Assembly: GCA_016187745.1 (NCBI GenBank)
Contig: JACPJC010000003.1
Coordinates: 32,001-96,000 of the forward strand
Source of the DNA: Candidatus Iainarchaeum sp.
GTDB taxonomy: Archaea > Iainarchaeota > Iainarchaeia > Iainarchaeales > JAXPJC01
Length of the DNA stretch: 64,000 nucleotides
Direction of reading: 5' to 3'
Position 1 is the first letter of the stretch; each line of letters begins with the position of its first letter. The position numbers and the translations under genes are program-made. Below the pieces are notes generated by a model. That model saw only the letters and a list, made by a program, of their open reading frames with translations. It was not told where the DNA came from and searched no databases. This document shows, piece by piece, positions 30,371-40,900 of this stretch.

Positions 30371-31097
30371 GGAATTCCCTTCTTGCCTGCTCCAGGGCCT
30401 CGGGCCAGCCTATGTCAAAGTATTTCTCCTCGTAAACAAACCCATAGAGCTCCTTTCTTTCAGTAAGCCAGATCATGAAATATCCCATCTTGTCAGGATT
30501 GCCGCCGGAATTAAGATATTCGCTGATTAGTTTTAGTTTTTCCCTCGGAAAGAAATATATGCCCGGGGAGACATAGGTTGTTTTCGGCTCTTTTGGCTTC
30601 TCTTCAAAGAGAATTACCCTTTTTGAGGCATCTATTGACGCATTGCCCTGCTCCTGCGCGACTTTCAGGGATTTTGCATCATGCAAGGCATTTACAATAA
30701 CCCTTTTTTCCTTGAAGAACTCATATATCCTCCTCAATGAAAAGTTGAAGAGATTGTCCCCGTTAATGCTGATTAAATCATCGTCAATGCTTCCTTTCCG
30801 CAGGGCAAGTGCAATGTCCCCGATCTGCCCTAATCTGTTCTCATTCGAGGTTGTGTCGTCATTCAGGAGCTTTATCGGGATTCTGGAATTAAAATTCTTC
30901 AGCCAGGACTCAAAGTTCGGATAGAACTTTGCATTCGACACAATGTAGATTTCATCCACTGAATCCAACTCAACAATTTTGTCGATTATGTGCTCTATCA
31001 TCGGCTTCCCCTGTATATCGAGCAGTGCTTTCGGCATGTTCTCGGTCAGGGGATAAAGGCGTGTCGCGTATCCCGCTACCGGAATTATTGCTTTCAT
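30363..31097 (-). CDS. Sugar-phosphate nucleotidyltransferase
   Basis: [27 protein letters not shown]. Confidence 0.9.
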   Translation of the reverse strand: MKAIIPVAGYATRLYPLTENMPKALLDIQGKPMIEHIIDKIVELDSVDEIYIVSNAKFYPNFESWLKNFNSRIPIKLLNDDTTSNENRLGQIGDIALALRKGSIDDDLISINGDNLFNFSLRRIYEFFKEKRVIVNALHDAKSLKVAQEQGNASIDASKRVILFEEKPKEPKTTYVSPGIYFFPREKLKLISEYLNSGGNPDKMGYFMIWLTERKELYGFVYEEKYFDIGWPEALEQARREFHG

Positions 31098-31178
31098 TTT
31101 CTTTTCCTCCTCAGTAAAACATTGAGCACACCAAAACATTTGGCACACGAGGTTTGCCAGCCAAGCGTGCTCAATGTT

Positions 31179-32471
31179 TCAGCGCCCCATGCAGATGTAA
31201 TTGAAGCCGAGCGCCTTCATTTTTTCCTTTTCAAACAAATTGCGCCCGTCAATTATCAATGGTGCTTTCATTGCGCTTTTTATTTTTCCCAGGTCCATTT
31301 CCCTCACTTCCTTCCACTCAGTAATTATAAGCAATGCTTCCGCCCCCTTTGCGGCGCCATAAGCATCGGCGCAGTATTCGATTTTATTCCCGAAGAGTTT
31401 CTTGGCATTCTCCTCTGCCTTGGGGTCAAATGCCTTTATCCTTGCACCCTCCGCAAGCAGTGCATTGATCACATCAACGCTTGGGGCAAATCTCATGTCA
31501 TCAGTGTCAGGCTTGAACGCAAGCCCTAAAACTCCAATTGTTTTGCCCTTCAGGTTCCACAAGGCGCTTTCAATCTTTTTTATGAAATTTCTCCTCTGCA
31601 CTTCATTTATTTTCTGCACTTCCTTCAGCAATGCGAAATCATAGCCCTTTTTTTCTGCAATCCTTATGAAGGCTTCGGCATCCTTCGGGAAGCAAAACCC
31701 CCCGTAGCCAAGGCCCGCGGCAAGGAAGCGCTTTCCTATCCTTTCATCATAGCCCATCCCTTCCGCCACTTTTTTAACATCCGCCCCAGTAAGCTCGCAG
31801 ATATTTGCAATTGCATTAATGAAGGAGATTTTTGTTGAGAGGAATGCGTTGCTCGCGTGCTTTATTATTTCCGCGCTCTTAATGTCAGTAAATAGAATTG
31901 GCGCATTCAGCGGGGCATATAATTTTTTCATAATTTCCTGCGCATGCCCGCTCTCTGTCCCTATTACAATCCTATTGGGTTTCATGAAATCATTCACTGC
32001 CGTTCCCTCGGACAGGAATTCGGGGTTGCTGACAACCTCGAATTTTATATTGTGCGGGTTATGGCGCTGCAGGACTTCCGCAATCTTTTCCCCGGTTTCA
32101 ACAGGGACGGTGCTCTTCTCAACAACAATTTTTGGGGTTGTGGAAATTTCAGAAATGCGTTTGCATGCATTCTCCACGTGGCTCAGATCAGCATCGCCGT
32201 TCGCCTTTGGGGGGGTTCCAACGCAAATGAAAATTATTCCGCTCTTTTTAACGGCATAATCGAAATCTGTTGTGAATTCAAGGCGCTTTGCCTTGGTGTT
32301 TTTCTTCACAAGGTCTTCAAGCTGCGGCTCGTAAATCGGCATTATGCCCGCATTCAGCTTTTTTATTTTTTCCTCATCAATGTCAACGCAGGCAACGCTG
32401 TTCCCCAGCTCCGCGAAACACGCGCCTGTAACCAGCCCCACATATCCGCTGCCAATGATTGCAATGTCCAT
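31179..32471 (-). CDS. ugd: UDP-glucose 6-dehydrogenase
   Basis: GSGYVGL, KSTVP, NPEFL.EG, GYGGFCFPKD, FKPDTDDMR. Confidence 0.92.
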   Translation of the reverse strand: MDIAIIGSGYVGLVTGACFAELGNSVACVDIDEEKIKKLNAGIMPIYEPQLEDLVKKNTKAKRLEFTTDFDYAVKKSGIIFICVGTPPKANGDADLSHVENACKRISEISTTPKIVVEKSTVPVETGEKIAEVLQRHNPHNIKFEVVSNPEFLSEGTAVNDFMKPNRIVIGTESGHAQEIMKKLYAPLNAPILFTDIKSAEIIKHASNAFLSTKISFINAIANICELTGADVKKVAEGMGYDERIGKRFLAAGLGYGGFCFPKDAEAFIRIAEKKGYDFALLKEVQKINEVQRRNFIKKIESALWNLKGKTIGVLGLAFKPDTDDMRFAPSVDVINALLAEGARIKAFDPKAEENAKKLFGNKIEYCADAYGAAKGAEALLIITEWKEVREMDLGKIKSAMKAPLIIDGRNLFEKEKMKALGFNYICMGR

Positions 32472-32519
32472 AAAAACCGCAAAAGAATAATGGATTAACA
32501 TATATTAAAATGAATGTTA

Positions 32520-32535
32520 TTTGAGGTTTGTACTA
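32520..32535 (-). promoter_or_regulatory. Copy 5 of 16-bp motif
   Basis: TAGTACAAACCTCAAA, 9 nt before TTTTAATA upstream of ugd. Confidence 0.55.
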
Positions 32536-32584
32536 TCAGAAAGCCTTTTAAACTTCGGAATGCAGAATATATGTGTGATGGGAA

Positions 32585-32686
32585 ATGGCAGGGCCTAAAA
32601 TACCAAAAATAAAGAGGAAGGTTACGCAGGGAGAGCTGCTTAGGCACGGGATTAGCGGCTTAAGGAAATATTTCAGGCGCCTCTGA
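32585..32686 (+). CDS. Tiny basic ORF / orphan-gene remnant (33 aa)
   Basis: MAGPKIPKIKRKVTQGELLRHGISGLRKYFRRL, preceded by TTTTAAAC and GTGATGG. Confidence 0.35.
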   Translation: MAGPKIPKIKRKVTQGELLRHGISGLRKYFRRL

Positions 32687-33533
32687 GGAATTTTTCCAGC
32701 ATTTCTTTTTCTTCCGGTATCTGCGCTTCGCTCACATCCAGACCGTGCTCAAGCACCAGCGGGATTTTCTTAATTTGCTTTATTTTCAGCAGCCTGCGCA
32801 GGTCAAAATCCTCCGGAAGCGGCGCATGCTGGTCTGTTTTATAGGTTGCGCCCTTTGCATTGCTGAAATGAATGTGCATCTCAATTATTTTTTTGTGGAA
32901 TTCGGGCAGCAGAATGTCAAGCTGGCTTTCAAAGAGCGAATGCCCAAGATCGAACAGCATGCCCAAATCAGGATAGCGCGCAAAAAGCATTTCAAAATCC
33001 TCTAGGGAATAGAATAATGGGCGGAGTTTTGATTCCCAAACAGTATTTTCCATGGCAAAATCCAGCCCGAGGGCATCTGATTTTTTCAGCGCATAATCAA
33101 GGATCCCGGATGCATTATCGAGGCATTTTTCCTTCGGCCATTCCTCCATTGCGCCTGTTTCATTAAATCCGCTTTTAAGAGTCTTGCCGTATGAGGCCTT
33201 TCCAAGATAGCCAGGATGCACTGCAACAGCGCGCGCTTCAACAATGCGCCCCGCCTCAAGCAGCCCGTCAATTATTTTCCTGTTTTTGGGAGTCAGGCCT
33301 TCTGCGATATTGAACCATAATCTTTCTTTCATCGGAGGGAACAGCCCGTGCACCGTGAATTGCAAATCAGGGAAATCCTTCTTTATTTTTTTGATTGTTT
33401 CAAAGGCATTCTTCTCATATGCGTGCGCTGCGCCAAGTTCTGCGCATTCAAAGCCGAGTTCCGCAATCTTCCGCACGCTTTCATAAATTCCGGAATTGCG
33501 CAAAGCAAAATAAGTGCTGCTCAAGCCAAGCAT
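32673..33533 (-). CDS. Sugar-phosphate isomerase/epimerase (AP endonuclease 2 TIM barrel)
   Basis: E..H, VHPG, EN, D.GH, H.H, D.H, LE metal motifs. Confidence 0.85.
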   Translation of the reverse strand: MLGLSSTYFALRNSGIYESVRKIAELGFECAELGAAHAYEKNAFETIKKIKKDFPDLQFTVHGLFPPMKERLWFNIAEGLTPKNRKIIDGLLEAGRIVEARAVAVHPGYLGKASYGKTLKSGFNETGAMEEWPKEKCLDNASGILDYALKKSDALGLDFAMENTVWESKLRPLFYSLEDFEMLFARYPDLGMLFDLGHSLFESQLDILLPEFHKKIIEMHIHFSNAKGATYKTDQHAPLPEDFDLRRLLKIKQIKKIPLVLEHGLDVSEAQIPEEKEMLEKFLRGA

Positions 33534-33648
33534 ATTGAAAGGAACGCACAAAAAGGAATAAAAAGGGGATGAAATATGGAGCCACATATATCGGCAAAGA
33601 ACGTAAAAATAGAAATGCTTAAATAGTGGTTAGTGCATAAAATATTGC

Positions 33649-34254
33649 ATGGAAAAGGCGTATGAGATTGTTGTCAGGGGCGATGTGCAGAAAAGTGCCT
33701 TCAGGCGCTTTGTCAAGCAGCTTGCGAAAAAGCACAATCTGTTCGGCAGCGTTGAAAATCTTGACAATTATGACGAGGAGGTCAGGATAATCTGCGAGGG
33801 GGAAGAGGGCAATGTTCGGGAATTCATCAAAAGGCTTGAAAACCCGAGTGAAGAAGATAGGGAAGAAACAAGTGCAGCAATAGCCAATATACAAACTAAT
33901 GCAATTCCTCCCCGCGGTAGGTTTGAGAATTTTAAAATAATAAGGGGCCCTGAAGAAATTGCCGAGAGGCTGGATGAGGGCCTGGTAATTATGAACAAGG
34001 GATTCAAAGAGCAGAAGGAAGGGATTGATAGGCTCGGGGAGAAGATGGATGGGAATTTTAAGGAGCTTAAAGAGGAAACAAAGACTGGATTTTGCAAGAT
34101 GGACGGGAATTTCAAAGTGCTTGGGGAAAAGATAGATGGAAATTTTGATAAGATGGACGGGAATTTCAAATCATTGGATACAAAGTACGGGGTGGTTTCC
34201 GAAATTCTGATGAGAATGAACAAGAACCTTGAGAAGATTGTTGCAAAAATATGA
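33649..34254 (+). CDS. Acylphosphatase domain with repetitive coiled-coil tail
   Basis: GDVQKSAFR, GSVEN, V.I.CEG; four K(M/I)DGNF repeats. Confidence 0.85.
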   Translation: MEKAYEIVVRGDVQKSAFRRFVKQLAKKHNLFGSVENLDNYDEEVRIICEGEEGNVREFIKRLENPSEEDREETSAAIANIQTNAIPPRGRFENFKIIRGPEEIAERLDEGLVIMNKGFKEQKEGIDRLGEKMDGNFKELKEETKTGFCKMDGNFKVLGEKIDGNFDKMDGNFKSLDTKYGVVSEILMRMNKNLEKIVAKI

Positions 34255-34305
34255 ATGCTTTTAAGCAGAGTTTTCTGCACCGGCGCGCAGTGCCTCTCTT
34301 GCGGC

Positions 34306-35067
34306 TCACTTCTTTGCCAATTTCTTATAGCGCCTGTCCCTGCGCTCCGCGGCATCGGCCTCTTCCTTTACGGAGCAGTAGTGCACGCTTATCTTCAGTT
34401 TCCTGCGCTTCGCTTCATTAACCAAAAATTTGCCCAGCTCATCGCTCCCCGCAATGGATTTTTCCGCAATCTTATAGCCCCTTTTCTTTATTTCAGGAAG
34501 ATTCAGCTCCGCAACCTCAAGCTCATTGAGATTTATGAACTTTATCCCTAATTTATCAAGAGCAAGAACGAGATTGAGCAGCTTTTCCTTTTTCCCCGGA
34601 ACAGCAACCACTTCCGCGCCGGCATGCGGAATGTATTTTTTTGCAATCCTGAATTTCCCCAAATCAAAGCTGTGCAGCCTTATTTCATCAAGCCCCGCAT
34701 CTGCCAATCTTTTGGCTGTTTTTGCATTGAGCAAATCCGCATTGGTATAGAGGTGTATGTAAAACTTCTTCCCGAAATTATCCTTGAGCGCCTTTATTGT
34801 CTCGGTTGTTTTTTTCAGCGCGCACAGGGGGTCGCCGCCGCTTAGGGAAGCTGCGGAAAAATGCCTTGCAATCCGCAGAAGCCCTTTTGCGCTTTTGATT
34901 TCCTTATATGGCGTTAAAATGATGTCCCTGCCCTGAAGCTTCGGAAGCACCGGGCAGTAGAAGCAGGATTTGTTGCATTTGAATGTAATGTAAATCGGAA
35001 GCACCTTTGCAGAAAGGCACAGTTTGCAGCCACCTGCAGGCTCACCGGAAGAACAAGTTCTAACCAT
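34306..35067 (-). CDS. Radical SAM protein (archaeal PFL-activase-related, COG2108-like)
   Basis: GC..C N-terminus, CNKSCFYCP, SGGDPL, IHLYTN, GLDEIRLH, NLNELE. Confidence 0.85.
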   Translation of the reverse strand: MVRTCSSGEPAGGCKLCLSAKVLPIYITFKCNKSCFYCPVLPKLQGRDIILTPYKEIKSAKGLLRIARHFSAASLSGGDPLCALKKTTETIKALKDNFGKKFYIHLYTNADLLNAKTAKRLADAGLDEIRLHSFDLGKFRIAKKYIPHAGAEVVAVPGKKEKLLNLVLALDKLGIKFINLNELEVAELNLPEIKKRGYKIAEKSIAGSDELGKFLVNEAKRRKLKISVHYCSVKEEADAAERRDRRYKKLAKK

Positions 35068-35076
35068 AAAAACCAA

Positions 35077-35136
35077 TTACTTCTTTATTGAATGGCTTGT
35101 TGCAAACTTTGTTGTGAATTTTATTTTTCCTGTCAT
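35077..35136 (-). CDS. 19-aa peptide ORF MTGKIKFTTKFATSHSIKK
   Basis: AAGGGGGT SD-like element upstream; stop 9 nt before the radical SAM start. Confidence 0.35.
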   Translation of the reverse strand: MTGKIKFTTKFATSHSIKK

Positions 35137-35201
35137 TTTGGACCCCCTTTCCCTTTTGAAGATTAAGAGTATTATTGCATGCAGGTTAAAAATCTTTTTG
35201 T

Positions 35202-35660
35202 TCAGAGCAGCGGCTGCGGGGAGAAACTTTCTCTGATTGTCTTAAAGATGAGGTTTGTGCTTGTTCTTTCAATAAATTCCTCCCTTGAAAGCTTGTTTAT
35301 GAATTCGTCAAGGCTCTCGGTGTTTTTGAACTTTCCAACAACCGCAAGGTCATACTTTCCGGACACATTGTATACGCTGCATATGTTTGGATGTTCTGAA
35401 TATTTTGCGCAGAATTCCCCCAATTTTCCCTTGTTGACGGCAATGAATATCAAAACGCTCAGGTCAAAGCCCAGTTTGCGCAGGTCTATCCTCGGCGCAT
35501 AGCCGTGCAGAACCCCGAGGTGCTTTAATTTCTTCACGCGCTTGTGTATTGCGGCTGAGCTTAATTTCATTTTTTTCGCAAGCGTTGAATGCCTTGCGGT
35601 GTGGTTTTTTATCATCTCATTGAGAATGCGCTTGTCGGTTTCATCAATTTTTCCCGCCAT
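35202..35660 (-). CDS. Lrp/AsnC transcriptional regulator
   Basis: IDETDKRIL, HTH, ID..KLG, VSGKYD. Confidence 0.92.
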   Translation of the reverse strand: MAGKIDETDKRILNEMIKNHTARHSTLAKKMKLSSAAIHKRVKKLKHLGVLHGYAPRIDLRKLGFDLSVLIFIAVNKGKLGEFCAKYSEHPNICSVYNVSGKYDLAVVGKFKNTESLDEFINKLSREEFIERTSTNLIFKTIRESFSPQPLL

Positions 35661-35910
35661 AAAAAACCCCATTTTTGTGAATTTTTTTAACCTTAGTGCC
35701 TTGCACTGGTTAAATTTATATGCACTTTATATATATAACTCCTTTTAAATGTTATATTTTTCAACCAATCCGAAATAATTTTAACCTTTTAAATAGATTG
35801 CTGCAATATATTGCCTGAGAGGGTGGGTTAGCATAGGGGGAAATAAATCACACGGAGCTGAAAGCGGGAAAAATTCCGATTCCGGATACTCCGGGGATTC
35901 AAATCCCGCA

Positions 35911-36099
35911 ATGGTCTGCTTCGGGGAATACGCAAGCTACCAGTTCAACTGCAAATTCTGCGATTTCCTGCAGGGCTGCAGGGAATTCACAACAGCAAAA
36001 GGCAGGGCGCGGGGAAAGAATTCCGCTTCTGCAATTAACGAAAAAAAGCAAAGCAATAAAAAGCAATATCCATCAGTAAATAATCCAGGGGTTGGGTGA
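35911..36099 (+). CDS. Small Cys-containing hypothetical protein
   Basis: CFG.Y....C..C.....C pattern. Confidence 0.4.
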   Translation: MVCFGEYASYQFNCKFCDFLQGCREFTTAKGRARGKNSASAINEKKQSNKKQYPSVNNPGVG

Positions 36100-36568
36100 G
36101 GGTTTGGCGGGAGTTAAGTTAATCATAGTGATTGCGGCAGCGGTCCTGATTTTAATAGCGGTTTTTGGCAAGCCCCTTACCGGATTCAGCGTGCTTTCTC
36201 TCCTAGATGTTCAGGCGCAGTCAAACAAAGCGATGCTGGATGATGTGCTTAAGGAAAATCCGGAACTTGGCAGCAGCCTGACGCAGGCAGAGAAAACAAA
36301 GCTTTATGATGTAATTTCTGACAAAAAGCTCACAAAGGAACAGATTGAGGATCTTGTAAGAAGTATGCATAGATCGCCAGAAGAATTAGCAGAGACACAA
36401 AAAATAATAGAGGAAGCATTGCGTACAGGCCCTACTGCCGTTGGAGGCTATGAGGAAAGCTTTGTGATTGGTGGAAAGACATACACTGAAGACGAACTCA
36501 AGAATATGACTGCTGAGCAAATTGAAGCGCTGACGGGGCAAACGCAGGGCGGAGGCACGGATAAATGA
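36092..36568 (+). CDS. Membrane-anchored hypothetical protein, first gene of toxin operon
   Basis: N-terminal TM followed by TGFSV; acidic helical domain; ATGA overlap with next gene. Confidence 0.7.
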   Translation: MGEGLAGVKLIIVIAAAVLILIAVFGKPLTGFSVLSLLDVQAQSNKAMLDDVLKENPELGSSLTQAEKTKLYDVISDKKLTKEQIEDLVRSMHRSPEELAETQKIIEEALRTGPTAVGGYEESFVIGGKTYTEDELKNMTAEQIEALTGQTQGGGTDK

Positions 36569-37992
36569 ATGCCAAGCTCCTGCTGGCGTTTGCCGTACTC
36601 TCTTTATTCCTATTAAACAATGCCTCTGCAATCTGGCCATGGGATGAATGCAACAGCCCGAGCGGTGGAACAATTTACCCCGGAGGAAGCGCAAGCGGAT
36701 GGATTGCCGGCTGGGTTGATGGTGATGATTGGGTAAGTGTTAATATCAGCAGTTCCGGCGAGTATAACTTCTGGCTTACCGGACCAAGCAATGCAGATTT
36801 TGATTTGCAAGTTTATTCAAATTGCAGCGGCAGTTGGGTTTGTGGCTCAGCAGGCGGGAGCTCTTCTGAAAGCTGCACAAAATCTATCTCTTCTGGCACT
36901 TACCATATGAGGGTCCTTGCATATGGCTATTGGGATTCAGGCAATTGGACTATGGGCGCAACAAAAAAGGCAACAACCTGCTACACCCATAATTATTCCG
37001 CGTGCTACAGCAACGACCGCTATTGGTATAATTCCTGCGGCACCAGGGAAGAGGTAAGGTATGATTGCGGAGATGATTCATATGGAAGCTGGAATAATTA
37101 CTATTGCTCAAGCAATGATGTTTATAGGAGCAGGAGCTTTACAGACAGGGGCTGCTCATCAGATAGCTGCTTTGCAAATTCAAGCACGCAATATGAGCTA
37201 TACCAGGATTGTGGCGATTCCAGCTATGGGTCATGGAGCAGCAACTATTGTTCAAGCAATAATGTAACGCAATCAAGGACTGTTTACAACAAAGGATGCT
37301 CAAGCGGCTCTTGCACATCAAGCAATACAACTGAAACCCGCGTAGTGGATTACTGCTCATCAAATGAAACATGCGAGAGCGGGCAATGCAAGCCGAAATG
37401 CACAAGCAATGCCTATACTTCGTGCTATAACGGGGATATTTATTGGTATGATTCCTGCAACAACAGGCAGGAGATAAAGACGGATTGCGGAGACACTACA
37501 TACGGATCATGGGGAAACAGCTATTGTTCCAGCAATAATGTAATGCAGACTCGCAATGTTTACGGGCCCTATTGCGAAAGCAGCCAGTGCAAAAGCCAGA
37601 CAACAACAGAAAGCCGTATTGCGGAAACATGCGATGGGCAGTTTAATTTCTGCCTTGGAAACTCGTGCATTTTATGCGATTCACATACATCCTACCAATG
37701 CACGGACAATGATGTTTATTGGTTCAACTCCTGCGGCACTAAAGAGGACAAGAAGCAGGAATGCGGCTCAAGCTATTGTGATGCCTGGAGCGGAAATTCC
37801 TGCAAGGACGGGAGTGTTGTAAGGAGCAGGACTTGCTACGACAAGGGCTGCGGAAGCAATGCGTGCTACGCAAATCCGGACACGCAATATGAAAGTGTGG
37901 AAACGTGCCAGTATGGGTGCAGCGGCGGCGCATGCATCCAGCTCTCAGACCTGTCCATAGCGCCAGAGGACATCATATTTGAAAAGACGTGA
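36565..37992 (+). CDS. Secreted Cys-rich repeat protein with PPC-like domain
   Basis: Signal peptide; DDW..V...LTGP.NADFDL.VY...S.SSESC (PPC-like); three D.YW.(N/D)SC modules and W...C....V...R modules. Confidence 0.85.
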   Translation: MNAKLLLAFAVLSLFLLNNASAIWPWDECNSPSGGTIYPGGSASGWIAGWVDGDDWVSVNISSSGEYNFWLTGPSNADFDLQVYSNCSGSWVCGSAGGSSSESCTKSISSGTYHMRVLAYGYWDSGNWTMGATKKATTCYTHNYSACYSNDRYWYNSCGTREEVRYDCGDDSYGSWNNYYCSSNDVYRSRSFTDRGCSSDSCFANSSTQYELYQDCGDSSYGSWSSNYCSSNNVTQSRTVYNKGCSSGSCTSSNTTETRVVDYCSSNETCESGQCKPKCTSNAYTSCYNGDIYWYDSCNNRQEIKTDCGDTTYGSWGNSYCSSNNVMQTRNVYGPYCESSQCKSQTTTESRIAETCDGQFNFCLGNSCILCDSHTSYQCTDNDVYWFNSCGTKEDKKQECGSSYCDAWSGNSCKDGSVVRSRTCYDKGCGSNACYANPDTQYESVETCQYGCSGGACIQLSDLSIAPEDIIFEKT

Positions 37993-37996
37993 TGAA

Positions 37997-40900
37997 ATGA
38001 ATGAAAAAGCAAGGGTGCATATTGCAAATGCTTTGGTTTTGCTAGTTGTGGTTGGCCTCATATTCGGGGCGCTTGCCGCAAGGGGCGGAAGTGGAAATGA
38101 CAACGGGAATGCCCATGACAATATGGCGGATGCGGAACTTATTTTTACTGATGAAGATTTGAGCGCAAAAGAGCTTAAGGGGCGGGCGCTCACATTCATT
38201 GAGCCAATGATTGCAACAGCAGCAGGCGATGACCTGAGCAAACTGCTTGAAATAAAGGCAAATATATCAGAAAGCCTTAATGCGGATTATTGGCTCTCCG
38301 ATGAGTCTGTTACTAACGAAGAGGTCTTTAATTCTGAGAAATCCGCAGCAAATGACATCCGCACGCTCTACAACAGGGAAAGCAGCTTGCTTGACAATGC
38401 TTCCTTATTGCTTGCAATAAGCAGGTTAATCCAGGCCGATGATGAAATTTCCAAATTGCAGATGGAACAAACAGAGAATCTGCTCCTGCAGATAAATGAT
38501 GAGGCAACAATTGCGGCAATAAGCTCATACCTCAATGATGCAAGAAGCAGCTATGAGCAGGCATGGCACCAGATAGAGCAGCCAAGCAACTATCCGAATT
38601 CAATTGAGCACTTCAAGAATTCATGGAATAGCTCATACAATGGCCTGCTGAAATTAGATGAACTAACAGTGCCGATAGTAACTATAGATTTCCCTGCAAC
38701 AAATACTTACACCACTGAGGCAGACCAGGCAATTTCCGGCACAGTATGGGATGCAAGGCTGCACACAATCCCAAATGTGAAAGTAAATGTGAATGATGCG
38801 GCATATGAATTTTCCCTGGATAATGGAAACTACAACGGCGCAATTGCCCTGAGCGAAGGGAACAACCTCATAACCGCATATGCAACTGATGCATTCAACA
38901 ATGCAGGGAGTGCAGGCATTGAAATGGTATTGGATACAATTGCGCCTGAAATAACTATTGAAGGTGTAGAAGACGGCGTATTTTACAATGCGGATGTAAT
39001 TCCGATAGTTTCAATTGCCGATCTGCACCTGGCAGAAACAGTCATAACATTAAATGGCAATCCATTTGCTTCGGGAACAAGCATTGCAGAAGAAGGAGAA
39101 TATACATTAACTGCCTATGGAAAAGATTTGGCAGGAAATGAATCAAGCAGGACAATAAGTTTTGTAATAGACAAGACTCCGCCAGCAGTGGTGATAAATG
39201 CCCCTGCAGATCTTGTTTACCTAAGGCAGGTTGTGCAGATTAATGGAACAGCAACTGACAAATATTTGGACAGTATTTCACTAAAGATTAATGGTAATGA
39301 GGTTTCAAGTATAGCTAACTTTGAATGGAATACAATAGAATATGCGGATGGGGCTTATAATATTGAATTAAGCGCAAGAGACAAAGCCGGTAATGCTTCA
39401 TCCACAACAATTTCAGTAATTATTGATAACACTCTTCCGGAAATTACAATCAGCGGTATTGAAGAGGGGGCATTCTATAATTATGATGTTGTGCCGGTGG
39501 TTGAAGTAATTGAAGCTAATCCTGATATAACTACAGCAATGCTTGATAATGCTGAATTTGAGCTTGGCTCAAGCATTTCGGAAGAGGGAATGCATGAGTT
39601 TTCTGCAACAGCAACAGACAAGGCAGGAAATAGTGCAAGCAGGTCTGTAAGCTTTGGGATTGACAAAACTGCCCCAATAACAACTGATAATGCAATAACG
39701 GGATGGGTAAATACAGATGTTGTTGTAATTCTCACATCAGTAGACAATCTAAGCGGAGTGACAAAAACTTATTATTCAATCAATAATGGAGCAGAGCAGG
39801 AAGGCACGCAAATAACACTTACAGAAACAGGGGAATATATTATTTCATATTATTCAACAGATATTGCAGGAAACGTTGAGGATGCAAAGCAAAGTGCGAA
39901 AGTGCAGATAGACAAAATTGCCCCTGAAATTTCAGTTATTGCACCTGAGGAGAGGGATTATTCCTATACGGCTATTTTGCCCCTCAATTTCTCAGCAACT
40001 GATGCGGATTCAGGATTAAAAGAACTAAATGCAGAGCTTGATGGAATTGCTGTTAATTCTGGAGAGAATATAAACCTCTATAGTTATGCGCTCGGTCAGC
40101 ACACACTTGTAATTAGTGCAATTGATAATGCAGGCAATTCTGCAACAAAGAGTGTTGTATTCAATCTAATTGATGATGTAAAGCCAGAATCAAACGCTGA
40201 ACTTGCAGGAACGCCTGGAAATAATAATTGGTATGTGAGCGATGCTACAATTATACTTACTGCAATTGATGCAAAAAGTGGAGTTAAAAAAATACAATAC
40301 AGCACTGATGGAAGCACTTATGCAGATTATGCTGCTCCGCTAATAATTTCCACAGAAGGCCTAACAACAATTTATTACAGGGCAGAGGACAATTCAGGCA
40401 ATATTGAAGATACAAAAACAATTAGTTTTAAAATTGATAAAACTCCACCAGAACTAAACATTACTGAACTCAATGAAAATCCAACGCTTGAAGATGCTAA
40501 TTATTCAATCTTAGTTGAAACAGAGAATGGTGCAGATTTGGGTGTTAGTATAATCCAAACTAATATAGATACATCAACGGGAAGCAATCTTGGTGCTACT
40601 CAATCTTCAGAGAGTATTGCTCATAATGGTTCCGCAATCTATAGAATGGATGTTATTGAAGGAATTAATGAAATAATCTTTACTGCAATGGATGAAGCTG
40701 GAAATACAACAATAAAACAGTTTAGAAGGCTTGTTGATAGGGATAAGATTTCTGATAGTTATGAAATAGAGATGCTCAAAACAGATCCTCTAAAAGCAGA
40801 TTCTGATAGTGATGGCATAAATGATGATATTGAGGACTTTGATGCAGATGGATTAACAAACCTTGCTGAATTTTTATTAGGCAGCAACCCATTTGATGCT

